A stretch of DNA of 64,000 nucleotides, from positions 94,494-158,493 of the forward strand of contig JAKBHL010000011.1 of assembly GCA_021836725.1 (NCBI GenBank). The letters run 5' to 3'. Position numbers and translations under genes: made by a program. The number at the start of each line of letters is the position of its first letter. The stretch's first letter is position 1. The notes under the pieces were generated by a model. The model had not been told where the DNA came from and ran no database searches. It was given only the letters and a program-made list of their open reading frames with translations. This document shows, one piece after another, positions 59,459 through 64,000 of this stretch. This DNA comes from a bacterium (GTDB lineage Bacteria; Patescibacteriota; Minisyncoccia; Phycocordibacterales; Phycocordibacteraceae).

Positions 59459-59592
59459 AATTGAAATGAGTTATGGAGTAGTAACCGGCAGACTCATGCT
59501 TCGAACGCGCACATCCATCATGGTAAAGCAAACGACGTGAAATGAAAGCGCCTCCTGGGGAGTAATAAAGATATACCAACATAGCCATATTC

Positions 59593-60072
59593 ATGAAAAA
59601 GCTTCTCGCAACATCATTCCTGGTCGGAGCGTCGGTCTTATACATATTCTTGCGGCCCGGGAATGCAACGACGCCCGCTACGCTTGGGGCGACAAACAAC
59701 GCCACCAGCGCCGGCGGCGGAACGGCGACGTCCCAAGGCAGCGCGGCACCGCCGCCCTCGTCGGCTGCGCCCGCCGCCGCACAAAGCGGATACAAGGATG
59801 GGACCTATACCGGCAGCATCGCGGATGCGTATTACGGGCCGGTGAAGGTGCAAGCAACGATTAAGGGTGGAGCTCTGAATAACGTCTCTTTCCTTTTGTT
59901 TCCAAATGGCGAGCAAACCTCGACTTATATAAACGAGCAGGTGATGCCGATGCTCACCCAGGAGGCGATTTCCGCACAAAGCGCAAACGTGAACGGTGTC
60001 TCCGGAGCGACGTTTACAAGCCAGGCATTCGAGCAATCGCTCGCTTCAGCACTCAGGAAAGCGCGAAGCTAG
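59593..60072 (+). CDS. Exported FMN-binding (flavinylated) domain protein
   Basis: YKDGTYTG, YG.V.V, VSGATFTS flavinylation motif. Confidence 0.9.
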   Translation: MKKLLATSFLVGASVLYIFLRPGNATTPATLGATNNATSAGGGTATSQGSAAPPPSSAAPAAAQSGYKDGTYTGSIADAYYGPVKVQATIKGGALNNVSFLLFPNGEQTSTYINEQVMPMLTQEAISAQSANVNGVSGATFTSQAFEQSLASALRKARS

Positions 60073-60078
60073 CCGGAC

Positions 60079-60822
60079 ATGCGGGAGACACGCCTCATCA
60101 TGGGCATGCCCATCGAAATAGAAATCGTGCACGAGGGCGCGCATGATGCGCTTGAAGCGGCGTTTGCGCACCTGGTCGCCGTTGATGAGCAGTTCAGTCC
60201 GTATAAAAATGACAGTGAAATTTCCCGTATGAACCGCGGCGAAGTTGCGCCTGCAACCTCGAGCGAAGCGATGCGCGAGATCCTCGCGCTTGCCGAAAGG
60301 ACGAAATCAGAGACTGACGGCTACTTCGATATTCGTCGTCCGGATGGGCTTATCGATCCTTCGGGCATCGTGAAGGGACTCGCGATACGCGATGTCGCGG
60401 CGCTTCTTTCCGCGCGCGGGTGCGGGCATTTTTTTGTAAATGCCGGCGGCGATATCGCAATGAGCGGGGAAAATCCGGACGGCAGCGCATGGAGCGTCGG
60501 CATCAGGAACCCGTTCAAGCACGACGAGATAGTGAAAGTCATCTATCCGCGCAGCAAGGGCGTCGCGACCTCGGGCTCCTACATCCGCGGCGCGCACATC
60601 TACAACCCGCATGCGCCCTCGGAGGAGCTGCGCGACGTCGTGAGCGTCACGGTCATCGGTCCCGATGTGCTCGAGGCGGATCGTTTCGCGACCGCGGCGT
60701 TTGCGATGGGGAAGGGTGGTATCACGTTTATCGAAAACCTGCCCGGCTTTGAAGGGTACGCGATCGACGCGCAGGGCATCGCAACCATGACGAGCGGTTT
60801 TGCCGCTTTTACCAAGCCATGA
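60079..60822 (+). CDS. apbE: FAD:protein FMN transferase
   Basis: MG, FS.Y...SEISR.N, DPSGIVKG, NAGGDI, ATSG.Y, HI.NP, AD..ATA. Confidence 0.92.
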   Translation: MRETRLIMGMPIEIEIVHEGAHDALEAAFAHLVAVDEQFSPYKNDSEISRMNRGEVAPATSSEAMREILALAERTKSETDGYFDIRRPDGLIDPSGIVKGLAIRDVAALLSARGCGHFFVNAGGDIAMSGENPDGSAWSVGIRNPFKHDEIVKVIYPRSKGVATSGSYIRGAHIYNPHAPSEELRDVVSVTVIGPDVLEADRFATAAFAMGKGGITFIENLPGFEGYAIDAQGIATMTSGFAAFTKP

Positions 60823-62327
60823 TCGGGGCCCTGAAAGCGTTCATCGATCGCACCACGATGTATCGGCTGGTGCTCTATTACCTCCTCACGCTTCTTGCCG
60901 CCGCAGTCGTTTTGGGCGCGTTCGGCGTCCTGCCGTACGCGCCACTCGTCCTGCTGTATGCGACCGGCGTGCTGCTTGCGGCGGCGTGGATCAGCAACGA
61001 GATCCTGGCGCGATTTTTCGGCGCGGCGACCAATGCCGAGTCCGCCATCATTACGGCACTCATCCTCGCGCTCATCTTTTCGCCCCTTGCGGTTACCGGT
61101 ACTAACGGCGTTGCCGCCTTCGCGGCCATCGCCGCAGTCGCGATGGCGTCGAAGTATCTTCTTTCGATCGAGAAGAAGCACATCTTTAACCCGGCGGCGT
61201 TCGCCGCCGTGTTCTCGGCATTCGCCTTCGGAATTCCCGCGACATGGTGGATCGGCGGGAACAGCACGCTTTTGGCGCTCGTCATCCTCGGCGGCGTCCT
61301 CGTCGTGTATAAATTGCGCCGACTCGATCTCGTGCTCGCTTTTGCCGTCGCGGCGCTCGGCACCATCGCGCTTACGTCGTTTGATCCTCTCGGTGCGATT
61401 GAGGAAACGCTCCTACACTCCGCATTTTTCTTTCTCGCGTTCGTGATGCTGACCGAGCCTTTGACCATGCCGCCGACGCGGCGATCCCGCATCCTCTACG
61501 GCGCGCTCGTCGGCGTACTTTTCGTGCCTATCGTCCATGTGGGATCATTTTATGTTTCGCCGGAGTTGGGGCTTCTCATCGGAAATGCGTTTTCGTACCT
61601 GGTGAGCCCAAAGAGGCGTTATACGCTCACGCTCATCGAGCGCCACAAGCTTGCGCGCGGTATTTATGAATTCGTATTTCGCCCCGATCGCCCTTTGAAT
61701 TTCGCGCCCGGGCAGTATCTGGAATGGACGCTCGCGAAAGTCCCGTTCGACAGCCGCGGCAATCGCCGTTACTTCACGATCGCCTCAGCGCCTCATGATG
61801 AGAACGTGCGCCTCGGCGTGCGTTTCTACGAGACACCGAGCGCATTCAAACGCGCGCTCGCCGCACTCCCGCAGGAAGGAGTCATCTACGCCGCTTCGCT
61901 TGCCGGAGAATTCATGCTGCCGAAAGACAAAAAGAAAAAACTGGCATTCATCGCAGGCGGCGTGGGCATCACGCCGTTTGCAAGCATGGCACGGCATCTT
62001 TCTTCTTCCGGAGAATCGCGCGATGCGGTATTGCTCTATGCGAGCCGCACCGCCCCCGAAGTGGCATATCAGGACGTTTTCGCGCGCGCGGCGCGGGAGG
62101 GCTTGCGCACCGTTTATGCGCTCACGGCTGAAAGCCCTCTTCTGCCCGGCACGCATGCCGGAGCGATTGATGCGGCGCTCATCAAGCGCGAGATCCCCGA
62201 CTATCGCGAACGCCTCTTCTATCTTTCCGGGCCGCCGGGCATGGTGTCGGGAATGAAACGCATTCTCGTCGCGCTCGGCGTCTCGCGCTTCTCGATCAAG
62301 ACCGATTACTTCCCCGGCCTCGCCTGA
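60819..62327 (+). CDS. RnfD/NqrB-like membrane domain fused to a ferredoxin-NADP reductase-like domain
   Basis: SK...HIFNPAA, MLTEP.T.P; C-terminal F.PGQY, RYFTIAS, IAGGVGITP, Y.SGPPGM. Confidence 0.85.
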   Translation: MIGALKAFIDRTTMYRLVLYYLLTLLAAAVVLGAFGVLPYAPLVLLYATGVLLAAAWISNEILARFFGAATNAESAIITALILALIFSPLAVTGTNGVAAFAAIAAVAMASKYLLSIEKKHIFNPAAFAAVFSAFAFGIPATWWIGGNSTLLALVILGGVLVVYKLRRLDLVLAFAVAALGTIALTSFDPLGAIEETLLHSAFFFLAFVMLTEPLTMPPTRRSRILYGALVGVLFVPIVHVGSFYVSPELGLLIGNAFSYLVSPKRRYTLTLIERHKLARGIYEFVFRPDRPLNFAPGQYLEWTLAKVPFDSRGNRRYFTIASAPHDENVRLGVRFYETPSAFKRALAALPQEGVIYAASLAGEFMLPKDKKKKLAFIAGGVGITPFASMARHLSSSGESRDAVLLYASRTAPEVAYQDVFARAAREGLRTVYALTAESPLLPGTHAGAIDAALIKREIPDYRERLFYLSGPPGMVSGMKRILVALGVSRFSIKTDYFPGLA

Positions 62328-62369
62328 ACGCCGTCTTTCATAGGACGGAAATGGTACCATGACATTTCT

Positions 62370-64000
62370 ATGCCTTCCGATAAGAAGAGAACAGCGCGCG
62401 TGTGGCCTGTGTTGCGCGCGTACAGCAAAGCCGCGCTCGCATATCCGAAATCCCTGAGCATCGCGATCATCGCGACAATCGGTATTGAAGCGGCCGCGGT
62501 CATCGCGCCGCTATATTTGCGGCAGTTCATAGATCTGCTCTCCGGCGGCGCACCCTCTGTGGGCACCGTGCAAGCGCTTTTCATCGTGCTCGGCTTTTTT
62601 GCCGCGGTAAATTTTGTCGGATGGATCGGACAGCGCGTACGCATGCTCTCAATCGGGCGCATGGAAGCGAAAGTGATGACCGATTTGTATGAAAACGCTT
62701 TCAATTATCTGCTCGGCCACGCGCATGAGTTTTTCATCTCGAACTTCACCGGCACGCTCACGCGCCGCGTTGCGCGTTACGCGCGCTCCTTTGAACAAGT
62801 TTTCGATAATCTGCTACTCAACTTTTCCCCCGCCTTTATTTTCGCCATCGGCGTCATCGGTGTGCTCTCGACGCAAAGCATGCTGCTTGGCGTCGGGCTT
62901 TTCGTATGGACGGTCACATTCGTATACATCCAGTTTAGGATGGTGCTGTGGCGCCAGCCGCTGCGCTCCGCGCGCGCCGAGGAAGACAGCAAGGTAACCG
63001 GTTTCCTTTCCGACACGGTACTCAACCACTCGACCATCACTACTTTCGCAGCCGCCCCGTACGAGAGGATGCGGTTTCAAGACACGGTCGCGCGCTGGTA
63101 TGCGGCGACAAAGCGCGCCTGGGATGCCGATGCGTGGGTCTACGGCGTGCAGGGGCTCTTCGCCATCGGGATAGAGGTGGCGCTGCTCGCGGGCGCGGTG
63201 CTGCTCTGGCAGCAAGGCATCGTGACGGTGGGAGATTTCGTGCTGATCCAGATCTACATTCTCGGCCTCATGAATCGCATCTGGGGCATCGGGCGCAACA
63301 TGCGCCAGCTCTACGACGCGTTCGCCGATGCGACTGAAATGCTCGATATCATCGAGATGCCGCACGCGATCCAGGATGCCGCAGGCGCACAACCCCTCCG
63401 GGTGCGCGAGGGAGCGATCACTTTCGAGCATGTCCATTTCGAGTACCATGAAAATCAGGCGGTGCTTCTTGATTTCGACCTTGCCATCCCGCCGCACGAA
63501 AAAGTGGCGCTGGTCGGCTCTTCCGGCGCGGGGAAGTCGACCATCACGAAACTGCTCCTGCGTCTCTACGATGTCACGGATGGGGCTATCCGCATCGACG
63601 GGCAGAACATAGCCGATGTGGCGCAGGAGAGCTTGCGCGCGGCGATAGCGTTCGTTCCGCAAGAGCCGATGCTCTTTCACCGTTCGCTCATGGACAACAT
63701 CCGCTATGGCCGCCAGGGGGCGACCGACGAGGAGGTTTTCGAAGCGGCGCGGCAAGCGCACTGCGATGAGTTCATCGGCCGTTATCCGGAAGGGTTTGAG
63801 ACGATGGTCGGCGAGCGCGGCGTAAAGCTTTCCGGAGGCGAGCGCCAGCGCGTGGCGATCGCGCGCGCAATCCTGAAAAACGCGCCGATTCTCGTCCTCG
63901 ACGAGGCGACATCGAGTCTTGATTCTGAATCCGAGGCGCTTATTCAGGATGCGTTTACGCGGCTCATGCGGGGCAAGACCGTCATCGCCATCGCGCACCG
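62370..64000 (+). CDS. ABC exporter, fused permease and ATPase (runs off window; absent from ORF track)
   Basis: MPSDKKRTARVW...; TM region; GSSGAGKST, LSGGERQR, ILVLDEATS. Confidence 0.92.
   Translation, partial: MPSDKKRTARVWPVLRAYSKAALAYPKSLSIAIIATIGIEAAAVIAPLYLRQFIDLLSGGAPSVGTVQALFIVLGFFAAVNFVGWIGQRVRMLSIGRMEAKVMTDLYENAFNYLLGHAHEFFISNFTGTLTRRVARYARSFEQVFDNLLLNFSPAFIFAIGVIGVLSTQSMLLGVGLFVWTVTFVYIQFRMVLWRQPLRSARAEEDSKVTGFLSDTVLNHSTITTFAAAPYERMRFQDTVARWYAATKRAWDADAWVYGVQGLFAIGIEVALLAGAVLLWQQGIVTVGDFVLIQIYILGLMNRIWGIGRNMRQLYDAFADATEMLDIIEMPHAIQDAAGAQPLRVREGAITFEHVHFEYHENQAVLLDFDLAIPPHEKVALVGSSGAGKSTITKLLLRLYDVTDGAIRIDGQNIADVAQESLRAAIAFVPQEPMLFHRSLMDNIRYGRQGATDEEVFEAARQAHCDEFIGRYPEGFETMVGERGVKLSGGERQRVAIARAILKNAPILVLDEATSSLDSESEALIQDAFTRLMRGKTVIAIAH

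Overview
High-GC bacterial chromosome segment that looks like Patescibacteria (CPR), probably Parcubacteria. This is an inference from the missing rpmD/uL30, the near absence of Shine-Dalgarno sites, the large type IV pilus locus and several CPR-style hypothetical proteins. Gene content, in order: S10-spc ribosomal protein cluster (rpsJ to rplO, secY, adk, map, ndk), a probable 6S RNA, infC-rpmI-rplT, redox/repair/envelope genes, rnj, secG, groESL, tRNA-Ser(GCT), comF, a full type IV pilus cluster (pilM/N/O, pilB, pilT, pilC, two tandem major pilins, pilD, four minor pilins), ligA, gatCA, an initiator tRNA-Met interrupted by a 336-nt group I intron, a small AT-richer cassette (nucleotidyltransferase-like, Nudix, Cys-His-Asp protein), a GH25-like secreted enzyme, an ApbE flavinylation cluster and a truncated ABC exporter. 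The most striking signal is non-coding. Both tRNA genes are followed by the same architecture: a hairpin, an antisense copy of that tRNA's own 3' end, a shared two-hairpin scaffold, then a direct copy of that tRNA's 3' end. The scaffold shares a GGA/GA internal-loop hairpin and an AGCA-capped hairpin with a seven-copy, stop-codon-associated MITE-like family, one copy of which is read in frame inside a prepilin leader. No transposase, integrase, reverse transcriptase or CRISPR array is visible. All calls come from reading the sequence by eye; no database searches were run.
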